Shown: positions 25,284-41,025 of the stretch, piece by piece
How positions within the stretch are numbered: the stretch's first letter is position 1
Layout: each line of letters opens with the position of its first letter
DNA from: Chrysomallon squamiferum
Lineage: Eukaryota > Animalia > Mollusca
Length of the DNA: 64,000 nucleotides
Assembly (NCBI GenBank): GCA_012295275.1
Contig: CM022669.1
Location: forward strand, 10,478,001 to 10,542,000
Reading direction: 5' to 3'
Notes under the pieces: generated by a model
Databases searched by the model: none
What the model saw: the letters and a program-made list of their open reading frames with translations, nothing else
Told to the model about the DNA's origin: nothing
Position numbers and translations under genes: made by a program

Positions 25284-26152
25284 TGTGCGTATGTTTGTAT
25301 GTATGTACTTATGTGCGCATGTATATGTGTGTATGTGTGTGTGTGATATGTGTATATACCAAATTTGCGACACATCTACCCATCTACCTATCAACAAATA
25401 TACATAAACAGCTACATATCTGTGTAGTTCAAAATGCAATATATGTTTATGTATACTACATGACCAATTCATATCTTTTAAAAAAAAAGACAAAAAAAGA
25501 AAAGAAAAGAGAATTCATAAACAAAAGTCACGAAAAATGTATGAAATTTCAATCAAAGAACTGAAAGACCTTTTCAAACCAAGAGAAAAAAAAAAATTAA
25601 AATGTAGGTCGCAGTATTAATTACCTCAGTTTACGTAAATCCTTGAAAGGTTAAGAGTAACAGTGATTATTTAGATCTGGAAAACACGATCGATCTTTTA
25701 TATTTCCCTGACATTAATTCAGAATGACAAGTAGAAGATTACAGAACTTCTCTGAATTTCTTTTTTTATTCCCCCTGAAAAATTTAACACAAGTTACCGA
25801 AGCATCGTTAACACTCGTTTCCTACATTTGCTTATCTTTAATTAGGCTTTCTGAAATCTGATTTGTCCTTATTATCTGTTTGAATAAATAGATTGAAATT
25901 CTTAACGTTGGTTTAACGAGATATTTTGTGAAGGTTAATTTAGTGTGGTATTTTCCTTTTTCTGGAAAAAAAAAAAAAAAAAAACCAAATCATTATCATT
26001 TGCAAGACATCTTTAAAATATTATAATTCTAAAAATGAAGTATATTTTTATTTATTAAGATATGCAATTTTCACTTTGTGAAATTATGAATGTCGATTTA
26101 ACTAAAAATAAAGGCATATTTTTGTTTGTTAAGATATTGATTTTTTACTTTG

Positions 26153-26213
<61 letters not shown>

Positions 26214-27045
26214 TTTAATGAAATTACGAAAGTAGATAACCTATTTGGTGTGGTTATAAACATAATCAGGATTCTAAAGACTTCATCTTTAAATATTAAT
26301 GATTTTTAAAAAGTATTATATATTATCTTATTAACATTTTTATTTTAATTTTCTTTCTTTCTATTATTGTTAGTGTTTATTTTGGTCCACTGATCTGAAA
26401 AGAAAATTTTCGATTTATTAGATTACAAATTTAAACTGTAGCTCAAAAATTGCTTCCATTTCTTAATAATTTTTACGTAAACCCAAATTTGATTTAGCTG
26501 CTTCTCAATTTTTGTAATAATAAAACAATATGTCTAATAACATTTAATAAAAACCCTACGAAGCATCATTAACGTAATTTGTAATAGAGACTGTTTGCAC
26601 TTTTCTTATGGCCAGGCACGCTTCTGGTAAACTAGACGTGAGAACCTGTTGGAACGGGAAATAAATAATAACGAACAAATAACGAAAACAGAAAATTAAA
26701 GTGGAGAATAAAAGGGAAAAAAAAGATTTAAAAAAAGGCAAAAAAGAAGAAAAGCGGAAAGAAGAAAAAATGGACAAGGTAATCAAAAGAATAAAGAAAA
26801 AAGTAAAAAAATCATATTTAATAAAATAAAGAAAACAAGTAAGAAAAAGAAAAGATGATGATGATAACTAGTAGTAGTAGTAGTAGTAGTCATAATGATA
26901 ATGAAAATAAAAATAATAATAACAATAATGACAATAATAATGATAATAATAATGATAATAGTGATGATAATAATAATAATAATAATAACAATAATAATAA
27001 TAATATCTATAACAACAACAACAACAACAATAATAATAATCATAA

Positions 27046-27080
<35 letters not shown>

Positions 27081-28182
27081 GAAAATACAATAAAAATAGA
27101 AGAAGAAAAAAAGGAAAAAGAAAAGAACAAAAGAAAAGCAGAACTGAATTATTATCAGTTGAGGAAAATCTGATATGAAATTCTCGTCAGCCAATTAAAA
27201 CACCAGCTGAGATTTTCTTTTTCTGATACGATTTCCTATCCGCATTTCATTTCGTTCTTTATCCGAAACTATAATTAAATTTTCTGACGACAAAGTCACT
27301 TGGTGCTATTTTGAAAAAATAGTATTTTTGTTATTTCTAGAATAATCGATAGTTTTTACATACAACTGCAGTCAGTCAGAAATCTCTACACATTTGTTCG
27401 GATTCCGATAGGAAGCCATATAGGAAGTATTCTCTTTTAACTACAGGAATTCCCGCTGACCTACAAAAACCAGTCTAATATTATTACGTGTAAAACACAC
27501 ATGATGATCGTTTCCTTGTGAAAAACAAGAAGAGTTCCCTTTTATTTTAAATAATAATATTTAAATCAAAATATTTATCAGAAACTCTATCTGATTAAAA
27601 TAACAATAGTAGTAGTAGTAGTAGTAGTAGTAATAATAATAATAATAGTAATAATAGTAGTAGTAGTAGTAGTAATAATAATATTAGTAATAATAATCAT
27701 AATAATAATAGTAATAATAATAATAATAATAGTAATAGTAATAATAATAGTAATAATAATAGTAACAATAAGAACACTAACAGTAAGAACGACATCATCA
27801 ATAACAGCAATAATAATAATAATAAAATAAAAATAATAAATAGAAATGCTATTGTAATCAAATAATAAGAGGATACAAATCGTGTTGATATTTCATTAAT
27901 TTTCTCCGACTTTCGATAAAGCAGTTAAGGTTGAAGTTATACTGAAAAGCAATTTTAGAAATGTACAATTAAGAAGGGTTTATATGACTGTGCTGTGAAC
28001 AAAAGAAGTTGCTGCAGTCAGAGAATAAGAATATACATAGGACATAAAAGAAGAGTTAATTTAAAGAGGTCGAAAATCTGGGACAGTTATCTTGAAGAAA
28101 ACAGACACTTCAGTTCTTATAGAATATAAAATGTTGAGAGACTGATAGAAAATGAATTATTTAAGAAGATGACTAGGTGAAT

Positions 28183-28730
28183 TGAAAAAAAATGCACCGG
28201 ATACTGATGCCATTGACACTTTACAATAACCAAAATATTCAAAATCATAAACTTACATACTTGCCAGTGCCAGGCTTTACACAAAAAATAAAAATAAAAA
28301 TAACAAAAAAAATAAAAAAAATAAAAAAAATATCAACAACAACAAAAAAAGAACAACAACAAACAAACACAAAAGACAAAGAACGGCTTGCTTGGGGGAA
28401 GCGAAGATTACCCTCGATTATTGAGGAACCTTTTTTAGCCTTGTTTCAGTGGCTGAACGGTAACATCGTCCGCCTTCAGAGTGCAGATATACGTGTATAC
28501 ACTCACACGCACACACACACACAGAGATTCTTATTATAACTGACTGTGATTATAATACTTTTTACAAGGCTCGAGTCTCACTAACATATACATTTAATGT
28601 AATACATTAAATATAACACATTTAATATAAAATATTTAATGTAATAACGCCAACGTGTACTGATCCTCGACTTGAAAAACTGCACCGGATACTGATGTCC
28701 TTGACACTTTACCAATAACCTAAAGATTTC
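28183..28730. repeat. Pair of ~55-bp direct repeats (28183-28240 and 28672-28730) about 490 bp apart
   Basis: TGCACCGGATACTGATG(CCA/TCC)TTGACACTTTAC(C)AATAACC is present twice. Confidence 0.85.
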
Positions 28731-28896
28731 TCTTTTCATGGGTAAATATAATAATCAGCATGAAGTGTAAACACAGTATTTCACTCAGAAGAGTGAGATA
28801 ATTAGATATGTAACGTGAAAGCAGTGTACTCAGTGACCTTAATTCTGTAACGTCTTAATGGTTCATACATAGTTTCTTTGTTTCTATTATGTTCGC

Positions 28897-28935
<39 letters not shown>

Positions 28936-29474
28936 GAAGAAGAAGAAGAAGAAGAAGAAGAAGAAGAAGAAGAAGAAAAAAAAAAAAAAAATGAACGATG
29001 TAGTCATTAGTTCAGACGTGCAAAGTAAGTGTATTACAATGTTAAATTATTTTAAACAAACTTACTTCATGTTATTAGTAATTAGGAAAATTGCTCTAAT
29101 TGTAGACGTAACCCTAATACTACTAATAATAGCGTTCCGTCTTGCCTGAGAACACTGATTTGCTGACGGAGTTCTTCTATATTACGTCAACAATGTTTTG
29201 ACGTCACATGTTTTATGGCGCTAAGTGGAATTTTTGTTTTCTCAGTGCTCGAAGGTAAGATTCTGTATCTGTTTTCTTTTGATTAGATTGATATCTTTTT
29301 TTTTCTCAGGTGACAGTATCAATGTATTTAAGATCTGAAGCAGCGATATAAAAACTTATGTAAAAAAATTAGTTTATTTGGCAGCCGCAGTGGTATTTAA
29401 TAACTATGGAGATGCAGTAGTCGACTAGTTGCAGTAGTTTTTTTTTTAACTACCTCAAAACTCAAGAATTAGCG

Positions 29475-29510
<36 letters not shown>

Positions 29511-29671
29511 GTTGTTGTTGTTGTTGTTTTGTTGTTTTGTTTTGTATTGTGTTGCAGCGGTTGATGTGTCTACTAATCAGTCAGTCTAACATATTTACCA
29601 CTCTGTGGGATTTATATTTGTGTTGACGTATTTGTGCTATTCTGTTTAGCTTCTTCTGCACGTTTCTTTGT

Positions 29672-29715
<44 letters not shown>

Positions 29716-29899
29716 ATTCATGTGTGCATATGAGTATGTGTGTATATATATATATATGTCTACACTTGTAAGTATGTGTATATGCCAAAGTAGTGTGAAC
29801 GTAATTGTGTCTATGCATATATGTTTATGTATGTATCTACTTTTATATGTCTATGCATATACGCTTAGACATATGTTTGTGTGTGTGCGTGTGTGTGTG

Positions 29900-29931
<32 letters not shown>

Positions 29932-31810
29932 TGTATGTATGTATGTATGTGTCTCCGTTAGCATGCTTATTTAAATGTATCCATGCACGCGTACTTAGTG
30001 TATGTTTATATATTCATACGTGTGCAGGCTAACGTGGAAGCAGCTCTGTTAGTTCATCGGACTCGACACAAGACAAACAAGGTGTTTTCGTAGAATCAGA
30101 TCGATATTCATTCTGGGGATTAAAAATTCAGTAGAGAATCACGGGCTTAAGAAAAATAAGAATGACAACTTTCAAGAGGTCTGGTCGGAGTGGATTGTTG
30201 TCGGCTAAAAATAGCTCATATCAAAGACCTTTGTGCTCGTAGATGTCCGCCATAATGGTAATCAGTCAACTGGTCGCTGATGATTGTTACGATAAACTTT
30301 GATGCTGGGTACTTGTCAGTAAGCTTAATTGGAGTATTACCGCAATATCAGTCTATCGCCTGTCTCCATCACGTCACCAGAAATAATATCATTAGTGTTT
30401 TACCTTCCCGTTCCGAGGCTGAAGTCCTGGATGAAAAGTTGTCTAATGAATTAATGTAAAATTTTAGTCATATGCATACATTATTATATCCATATATACA
30501 TACACACATATATCCATATATACGTACACACTTAAATATATATATACATATACACACACACACTCACATACATATACACGCACATGTAAGACAGAGAGTT
30601 CTAAAGCCATCTGGGAGTATATCCATCTCAACGTGCTTTGTCAGTTTTCCGGGGATCGTTCTAGAAGTTACAGGCATCTCAAGAATTAATATGATTATAG
30701 TTACACGATATATGTCTTCTTTAATGAAGTTAAGATGTATAAGTTAAAAAAAAATCAATTCCACGGACTGAAATGATCTTTAAATTACCTTCGTTCAGCC
30801 GAATCTGATACCAAATTAGTGGGTTTTTTTTTGTTTTTTTAAATAACTGATGTCAGATAATAATATTTCTGTGTTGCTCTTTGAAACAAATAACCAGTTC
30901 TACGGTATAAAAATAAATTAAAATGTAAACATCTGCTGGATGGCTATAACTGGAAGAAAAATAAATGGAACGAAATGAAAAGCGAAGAAAATAGCTCGTT
31001 GACGTAAACAGCGACTCAGCTGATCTCTCACTTGATGTGGTAAACATTCTCGTTAAAACTCGACAAAGAACAAAGAGTGTTCTGACAACAAACTGAGAAA
31101 TAAGAGATAACACAATTACATTGCCAATAAATACCTGAAATAAATTTTGAACAGTCAATCTTGCAAAACTTTAACGATATCCAGATACGAGTAAATCGTA
31201 CCACCACCACCACCACTACCCCAACACTACTACTACTACTGCTACTACTACTGCTACTACCACTGCTAGTACTACTACTGCTACTACTATTACATCTACT
31301 ATTATTACTGTTACATCAACTATTATTACAACATCTACTACTACAGTTACAAATACTGTTCTGCTGTTACTACTAGTACAACTGTTATTACTTTTACCAC
31401 TATTACTACATCTACTACTTCTATTACTATCACTATTATCCTACTGTTATTAGAACTGCTACTGTTAGAACAACGATTACTCACCTCATTTCTACCACTG
31501 TCTGTGCAAGTTTTAGCTTATTAGCTTTAAAAAGAAATGAAAATATTATTTTGAAAGAGTTCCTGCAGGGACTTTGCCGTCTCGTTTGTCAAAGCCAATG
31601 TAAGTGACAGGTTTCTCTGGGAATATGTATCTGTTTTCAGAGGGCGTACATATCCAGTTTTTAAAAGTAGATCAGCTTGTTAAGTTTATTTTGCTTACTT
31701 TAATGTATATAGACCCATCTTTCAATGTTAGCGTGTATAAACGTGTATATGTGAATGTGTATACAGATTTGTTGTATGTATGTATATATATATGTATATG
31801 CGTGCGTTCT

Positions 31811-31883
<73 letters not shown>

Positions 31884-33657
31884 ACTGCATATTTCTATTC
31901 GTGATGCAGTTTGGAACATCTTGTTATAACATTTTAATATTTTTTTTTATATATTTGCCAAGCAGAAAGTTTACTGTTCGACTTTTTTCTATTATTATTC
32001 AGAAAATCACGAGTCGAGAATAAAAGTGATAACACTGTTAAGTATCATAAAGAACTTTTTATAGAATCTTTGGACCTAAGGCTATCGTATAAAACATTTT
32101 GACATTTTTCTTCTCGGTTTATTCTCTGTAAAAGTAATATTTCGAAATCTGAATGCTAGAAGAATTTTTTTTTTTTAAATGCTGTGCTTATGGAATGCTT
32201 ACGTAACGTGTTGAACTGAATAGTTTCGTAAAATCTTGTTTAATCGACTGAGAGTATCTGTTCTGTACTCAGCAGTATGTGATGTTTAAAATCAACAAGT
32301 CGTTACGTTATCGTATTTTTAACTCTTTTATTATTATTATTTTTATTTTTTAACATTTTTTTATTTACGCTTTATTTTATTTCTTTTTATACAGTTAATC
32401 AAAAAAACAACAAGACCAGTTTCTTTTCTTTTATTTCCATTTATTGTTTGTTGGAGAAGATGTTTTTCTTATCAAATCTGTCAGTTTGTTTCAAAGAAGG
32501 AAAAAAAAAAAAAACAGAAAAAATCTCCGAACATAATGTCGGAAGGGAAACTGTCATTATTTATCAAATCAAAATCAGAAAAAAAAAGTCTGAGAAGCAG
32601 TGAAACATAACAATACGACAATAAGGTTGGATTTTTTCAGACGACATGCAAAATCTTTAATTTATAGAAATACGTCGCGGAAAGGTAGTCGTTTTTTTTT
32701 TTCATATCCTCGGTAGATCTGCATTAATAGTTTTTCTTTTGCTCTGGCAAAACATAATATTTCATCAGAGTATAATAATCTTCTTCATCACCATCATCAT
32801 CATCTTCTTCTTTTTCTTCTTCTTTTCTTTCTATTGGTTTTCTATGTTGTTCTTCTTTTCTTGGTATTATTATTATTATTATTATTATTGTTGTTGTTGT
32901 TGTTGTTGTTATTGTTAATGTTGTAGCTGATGTAGTGATAATAGTAGTAATAGTAGTATTAATAATAGTAGCTGTTGTTGTTTTTCTTATTATTATTAAC
33001 AGTAGTCGTAGTTGTAGCAGTAGCACTACTACTACTAGTAGTAGTTGTTCGTAGTATTAGTAGTAATTGTAGCAGTAGTAGCCGAAGCCGTAGCATTAGT
33101 AGTATTGTAATCTTACTTTCACTGATGTCGTTGTTTTAATGTCAGTAATGACATTTGACGTAGCTGTATTAATAATAAACGTTACAGAAGAGTAATGGTA
33201 GTCGTAATGATATTCAAAGAAGTGGCAAAGTCTTTCTGAGTTGTTCATAACAGAAACAGTAGACGACGTATTAATTAAACATCATTATAACAGAGAAAAG
33301 AGTCAGCTGTGATAGTTTTAGTCTGTAATAATATTTCTTATTGTAGTAATAATAATATAAACGGATGTGATAATAGCTGTGGTAGCAATACTGATTACAA
33401 TAATGAAAACTTTCTCAGTAAAATAAAACAATATAACTGTAATGATGCTATTATTACTTAACGGGAAATCATATTCTGATTGCTGGCAAATAGAGAAAAA
33501 TCTGAGTTTTTTTTATAATCTTTGGTGTCGCAAACATTATACAGAATCTTTATTTGCTTAATTTATTAATAAGAAGTGCATGGTTAACCATTTATAAAAT
33601 ATAAAATATGCTCTGAAGTCTGACTGAACGTAACATCTTTTTTTTAGATGAAAGAAA

Positions 33658-33970
33658 GTTTTGCAGGTTCTTCTTAGGTGTACCATCATTGTTTCAAGAC
33701 TTAGTAACCAAAGAGCCACATTATATTTCTACTACTTATAGATATATTAATTATGTATCTTTTCAGAGGAAAGGTTAGCAGGTTCTTTTCAGAAAATTAT
33801 ATTTCTACTGTTTATAGAAACATTAATCCTGTGCCTTTTCGGAGGAAAGATTTGCAGGTTGTTCTCTGGTACCATCATTATTTCGAGACTTACTAACCAA
33901 CCATTCAATCTACTATTTATAGAAATACTAATTCTGTGTCTTTTCGGAGTAAAGCTTTGCAGGTTCTTCA
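33658..33970. repeat. Diverged tandem repeat (~75-115 bp units, ~3 copies)
   Basis: Recurring TTGCAGGTT.TTC...GTACCATCATT.TTTC.AGACTTA.TAACCAA...TCTACT.TTTATAGA.A.A.TAAT..TGT..CTTTTC.GAG.AAAG. Confidence 0.85.
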
Positions 33971-36078
33971 AAGACGAGGCAATTAAAACAACTGAAATAG
34001 CCTCTGACGTGCTTCCACCCCGTCCTTTAACCTTTGTGTACTTTCAGACGAAAGGTTTGCATGATCGTCACAGACATGAGATAATTAAAATATCGGAAAC
34101 ACGCACTGGCATTTCTCTTTCTCGTTCTCTAGCCCAACACTCCTGTAGTTTTGTTTCGACCTCGGTGTATTTGTACGGGTTTATGTCGCCTGCTATTAAT
34201 ATTTTAATATCTGCGGAGGCAAATAAAACTTGGTAAAAATATCATCCTTTCTCTTCTCTCTCTCTCTCTCTCGCTTAATTAAATACATATGCCAGAGAGA
34301 GAGACAGTCGCTGGTTCGACTAATACTTACCCCCAAGCCGCGTGAGCCTGCACTGGAATTGTCGTGTGTTATATCGGGTTTTCTCGCTAGAAAATTTGTT
34401 TTACTGGTTCACCGGTTTTTGGAGTGGTGACATTCAATGAATAGAGAGTAGTGAAGAAGTCATTAGCTGAATTCGTGTCTGAGAATCAGAAAGAGTTAAA
34501 ATAAAATGCAGCTTCACTTGAGGCAGAAAAGTAAGCTTGTTGAGGCGAACTAGACTTAGGGTGTAACTGTGTGGGTGGAACGTTAGGCGTGTCTAATTGG
34601 ATGTATATCTATATCTGTGTCTATTTGCGACTGTGTACATGTGCTTTTCATCGTCGTCATCATCATCATCATCATCATCATAATCATAACCTTTATTATT
34701 ATTGTTGTTGTTGTTATTATTATTATAAGCGAGACACATGAGTAAGCCAATAAGCTTTATTGAATAAAGAATCAAACAAACAAACTAGGAAAAAATAAAT
34801 AAACAGACAAACAAATAATAGAGAGAAAGTGTTAGAAATAACGGACAACGAACAGTTGTGAAATATAGATTTATATTACTCAAAGTTACAAGTGAGAATA
34901 AAATACGTTCGTTAGAGCCGTTAACAGCGTGAAGAATCACTAACTTATTGTATACTCACATTTCCCGTTTTTATTAAATACTCGTATTATACTGCTTCTC
35001 GCCTCCAACTACAATTAGAAATAATTGGTGTTCTCGTAACCTATTTCAAACGATCCCTAAAGCCATAAGCGTCATTTTATTACTTTTTTTTTTTTTTAAA
35101 TTAAGGTTTTGTCACTTTTCTTTTCTAAATTTAACGAAATAATAAATTTAAACTGTTTTGTGTATTTTGTAATAATATCTGAAACCGATAACAGAGAAAG
35201 AGTAGACTGCAGAACTAACAGTTAGAGATGTAATTATTAGTTTGCAATGGTGGTAAAATCGTTTTGATTATGATAACAGAAATTATGGATGTAGTAGTAG
35301 ATGTTGTAATGTTAGGAGTAGTAGAAACATATTGAGCAGTAGTAGTAACATCACTAGTAGAAACAGATTATTATTATTATTATTATCACTGTCATCACTA
35401 TTACTGTTGCTGTTGTTATTACTATTTGTAGTACTAGTAGCAGTAGCAATAATAATAGTAGTAGTAGCAATTTTTTGCCACACATTTAATAATAAATAAT
35501 TGTACTTAATGCAGTATTTAATTGAATTATGTGTAGTAGCGTTAGCAATAGCAGTAGTAGTAGCAGTAGCAGTGGTAGCAACAGCAGCAACACGAGCAGC
35601 AACAGCAATAGCGCCAGGAGTAATAGTAGCAGTGTATAACATAACTGTGGTTGTAGTAGTTGATGAACATTGACAGCAACAAAAGAATTAAAGTTCTCGC
35701 GGAGTTAATTGAGAGATGGTGAATACGTCTCAATAACACGAGAGCAAGATGATGACAAGAGGTTGTAAAATGAACTTTAAAGAGAATTTCTGTACTTTTA
35801 GTCTGTGGCCACCAGTTTTATGACGCACGTAAACTGCTGGCAAATTCCCATTTAAGCTTATTTCAGAAATCTTATTTTGTTCCTGTGTTTTGAACACCTC
35901 TGTTTTCATCCTTCAAACGTGGGATCGTCATCAAAGTGAAAGTGAGGGGATTTGTTTGAATCTGATTAAGTAATCTCAAATAATGAGTTACTCGCCTCTT
36001 TGCAGTGTTTTCTGTCCAAGGCTCACCGAGTGCATTTGATGTTTTTAACTGACGAAGTAGAAAATACGTTATTTCTGA

Positions 36079-36118
<40 letters not shown>

Positions 36119-36198
36119 TGGAGTTTGTATCTTTGTGCGTGTTTATATATAGCTACCTATATTCATGTATGTATGCATGTGTGTACTTAAACACATAT

Positions 36199-36251
<53 letters not shown>

Positions 36252-37129
36252 GTCAGCGTTGTCTAAGCACAATGTCATGTTTTAATCTAGTTTTATTATT
36301 ATTATTAATATTAGTATTTGGTAATTCACTCGTCTGTATTTTTCTCTTATTAAAACAATTTTTACTATGAATCAGTTAATAGAAAAATGTGTTTTGAAAT
36401 AAATCCAAAGCGAGATGAACAGCGTATTATTCCTAGCGATGCACACACCCATCTGTATAAATTGTTTTCTTTTTGTCGCGGAGTATTCTTTCAGTCAACG
36501 AAAGGAAATGACATTAGTTGTTCACGTCATCAAGGTCTTGCAAACAGTACCATGCCTTGTCATGACGTCATAGCACGTATCTGGAAACGATTCTTTCGGT
36601 TGAACGTAAATGTGAACATTCATTTCCATCCCGTTATTCGTCTAAGTCGAGATAAAATAAGAATTTGCAAGTTCGGATGAGCTAAAAAGTATCCCAGGAG
36701 ACAGTTTCTTAAAGATAAATGTCGGAATTAATTACAATGAAATACTGGCAAAGGCTGCATATAAATTGTGAACACTGTAAACATAGCGTTTATTTTTCTG
36801 AAGCTGTCTGAATATAAATAATATACACATGACCATCATGTTTTTTTTTTTTCTTTTCTTTTCTTTTATCATTTATGTTTTTTGCTTTTCCTCTTCATCT
36901 TCTTCTTTTCTTTCCTTTTTCCTTTTCCTTTTTTTTTTTTTTCTTTTTTTTTTAGGTTTTTTTTTCTCTTCTGTTTTATCGTTTGTATGTATGTATGTAT
37001 TTGTGAACCTTCTGAAATCCTCGATCGAGTGTGAATCAGGTACCTACCAGGTGTTCGGGTTTTATATATATAAAAAGACATTCACGGCTGATTACGACTG
37101 TCATTATCAAGTCTAATTGCTCACGTTTT

Positions 37130-37209
37130 AGCCTTGACCACTGCACACACTGTACAAAAACAGCAAAAAACAGCCTTGACCACTGCACACACTGTACAAA
37201 AACAGCAAA
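37130..37209. repeat. 42-bp tandem duplication
   Basis: AGCCTTGACCACTGCACACACTGTACAAAAACAGCAAA at 37130 and 37172. Confidence 0.95.
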
Positions 37210-37309
37210 TCATCTTCGTGTACGTCATTTGACAGACAAATAAACTAGAAAACAGAAACCAAATAAAAAATTCAAGCAAAAACAGTATAATATCCATGTT
37301 TAGCACAAT

Positions 37310-37363
<54 letters not shown>

Positions 37364-38717
37364 TTGCATTTTTTCACCAACTCGAATGTAAATATAGTCA
37401 AAAAAAAAAAAAAAAAAAAATTGGTGACAGCAGTGACATATTTGTAAGTAAAGTAACTTTCCTGATATAGCTTGTCAAATAATTAATAAAAACAAAACAA
37501 CAACCACAACAACAGCACAGCAGCAGCAACAACAACAACAACAACAATATAATTGGGAAATAAATGATTATGATGATAACAAATAAACAAACACAAAAAA
37601 CACCGTGTTATCGTCACTCGAGGCTCTAAATTTAATGAAAATGACGCAGTACGGTTTAAGCCGGGTGCACTGATATAAAAAACATAATTGGATTTTAAAA
37701 TGTCAGAAAAGATTAAAATCTCTAGGTGAACATATTTCGGAAATTAAATGTCTGTGATGCAAAAATTTATTCGTTTCTTTGAATGTAGGATTTTTTATTT
37801 ATTTTATTACTTTTTTTTTTTTCTTTCTTTTTTTTTTTTTTTTTGTTTTTTTTTTTTTTTCACTCTGCTATTTTTAGTTGTAGTTTAATGCTGCGCAGTA
37901 GTAGTTTCAGTATAATTTTTATGTTTAATATGTATGAGTATGTATACTGTGTATGTGTGTGTGTATGTGTATGTCTGTGTCTGCGTGTGTTTGTGTGTAT
38001 GTGTATGTATATATATACACACATAATTATTTGATTAATGCTTCTTTTCGGAGAAAACCGCGTGCGAAAGACAAAAGTAACAACCAATTACCACTTCCGT
38101 TTCGCTTCTTAGTTCCTTTTGAAAGTCTTTTGTTACGACTCTATTACCAGTCTATTACGATTCGCTAAGTTCGTCTGATTGACGTAAATGAGAAATTTGT
38201 TGATCAGTAATACGACATTCTATATCAAATAAGTAAGCGGAGCTGATATCAAATATTTATAGATAACGTCTATTTTTACTTTTTATTAGCCGTAATTCGT
38301 GTTTTATTTGGCATTAAAAAAAATATTGGTTTATCTGTAGGAGATGGACAAGCTGCTAAAAAATAAATAAGCTGTTTTGTCATATAGATGTGATTAATTA
38401 TTTTATTATCTTAGTAAACGACAATGTATTCTGATATATAATAATAATAATAATAATAAAAAACCCCACACACATTGAAACATACACACACACACATACT
38501 ACATACATTTATAAACACATACATATATACATACAACATACGTTATAAATATATACATACACACATACACACATAACTACATACATATATACATACATTT
38601 GTAGCTACGTACACAAACATAGAGATATATACAAACGCACACAAACACGTATACATACACAAATATGTATTTAGATATAAACACATAAACACATATACAT
38701 GCAGACAGACAATCACA

Positions 38718-38800
38718 CAGAATTACGTAGACTAAATTATGTAGTTTACGTCCCACTGTTATTTATGGTATATGATATGTATAGTAATTAACACTGTAGT
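38718..38800. repeat. Short dispersed repeat C, copy 1 (partner at 42092-42183)
   Basis: AGAATTAC(G/A)TAGACTAAATTA(T/C)GTAGTTTACGT...TAATTAACACTG.AGT occurs in both places, each after a (CATA)/(CA)-rich tract. Confidence 0.75.
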
Positions 38801-38883
38801 TTGCTCTAGACATTACATTTTAACTCGGACAATAACCCCACGTGAACCCAGCGATGATCCATAATACGGGAAACAATATTTTT

Positions 38884-38917
<34 letters not shown>

Positions 38918-39059
38918 TATTTATTTTTATTTTTACCCTAATTCCTTCGTTAGCCTATTTCTGTTCACAGTCGAATAATAATAATTAGGTTAAAACAAAG
39001 AAACTGCTCATAGTTCACAATGCAACTGTGTGTTACTAATTAAGCTCCTGAATATTTAT

Positions 39060-39369
39060 CGTCTGCTACGTCAGCCATAATTATTTTATTTTTTTCCTAA
39101 ATCGCGAGTAGCAGTGACGTCACTTCACTCCTTCTGCAAAACGTCATCAGTCGATAATCGCTAATTCGGTAGTTTACGCATGCCTTCTCCGTCTATTATG
39201 ATCATCTCGACCTAGCGGCGCAACGACTAACGGTAATCAGTCTAGAGAAGACTGGCTTCACGAGCGGTCGTTAACGGATGTATCTCCTCGATACCATTAT
39301 CAGCAGTTAGTCAGTCTACGAACAACGAAGTTTCCACCCAGAGTAAAATAGCGCGTCGTTAAGGTAAGT
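39060..39369 (+). promoter_or_regulatory. CpG-rich promoter and candidate non-coding first exon (~39149-39363), possibly of the GPCR
   Basis: CRE TGACGTCA at 39115-39122, initiator-like TCAGTC at 39147-39152, ~215 nt of CpG-dense sequence, then a perfect donor AAG|GTAAGT at 39363/39364. The link to the GPCR is inference. Confidence 0.5.
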
Positions 39370-39592
39370 TTGTTTTATAAACCATTTGATCTTGTTTTGT
39401 AGTGTTTCTTCAGAAATGGTGAAGGGGAAAAAAAAAAAAAGAAGAAGAAAAAGAAAAGAACGAAAATTACAGATAACAATGCCTTAAATTATTTGCTTTG
39501 AGGATTGTTTAGTTTTGCCCCTTTTTTTCTTTTCTTCTTTTATCTTTCTTTCTTTCTTCTTCTTTTTTTTTTTTTGATCTTTGGCTTTTTAA

Positions 39593-39634
<42 letters not shown>

Positions 39635-40241
39635 TGACTTTCTTTACGTGGTGCAATCAGTATAAATGACACTGAGCGCTACTAGATTCACTTTTTGTAC
39701 GTTTTAACGAACCACATTCTGTTGGCTTTTTTTATTTTTTTATTTTTTTATTTATTTATTTTTATTTTTATTTTTTAAAAATTTTTGTTTGTTTCGTTTG
39801 GTTCTTTTTATTGTTGTTGTTTATACAGAATCATTTATCTCCCAACCCTATAATAAATTAGTGACAGTTTCGTTTTTCTAGAGTTCCTAGTCCTTGTTGT
39901 TTTTCTATAAGACGATAACTTATTAATTTCCTATTTGTCATACTGCAGTAAAGACGTTAAAGAGTACTGATGAAAATTAAAATAATGGGATCTGTCTGCA
40001 TTCTTTTTTTCATTAATCAGCTCTATCTCATTTATTATCATTATTATTATTATTATTATTAATACCATTATCGTTATCATTATATTTATTTAATTATTTA
40101 TTTATTATTTTATTTTTTAGTTATATTATATTAATGCTATCTTGAGTTGTTTATTTTAATAATTAAAATAAATGCAACAGGGCATTATTATTGTTATCAT
40201 TGTTATTATTATTGTTAATGTTATTTTTGTTGTTGTTGTTG

Positions 40242-40279
<38 letters not shown>

Positions 40280-40512
40280 CGTTTATACTGCTTTCTGAGA
40301 GCAATTCACATACATAATTATCCTTTTCTTATCCTTTTTATACTGATCACTGCACTTAAAGTATAATGTTTCTCAGTGGTGACGCATTTGGATAACAATA
40401 AAAAGTTTAATGACGTTAAACGCTAATGCATTCCTAATAATATATTGTAATGAATATTTAAAAAAATATTTCATATGTATTGTAAGCTCCTTTGACTAGT
40501 ATTTAGAACGTC

Positions 40513-41025
<513 letters not shown>

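Noticed and set aside
30040-30440. GC-richer island, possible exon or TE remnant
   Set aside because: No ORF of 60 aa or more in the track, and no motif or clear splice pair that I could recognise; left unassigned.
33859-34430. ORFs 33859-34236 and 34230-34430
   Set aside because: The first begins inside a tandem repeat, both start at non-ATG codons, and neither shows domain similarity.
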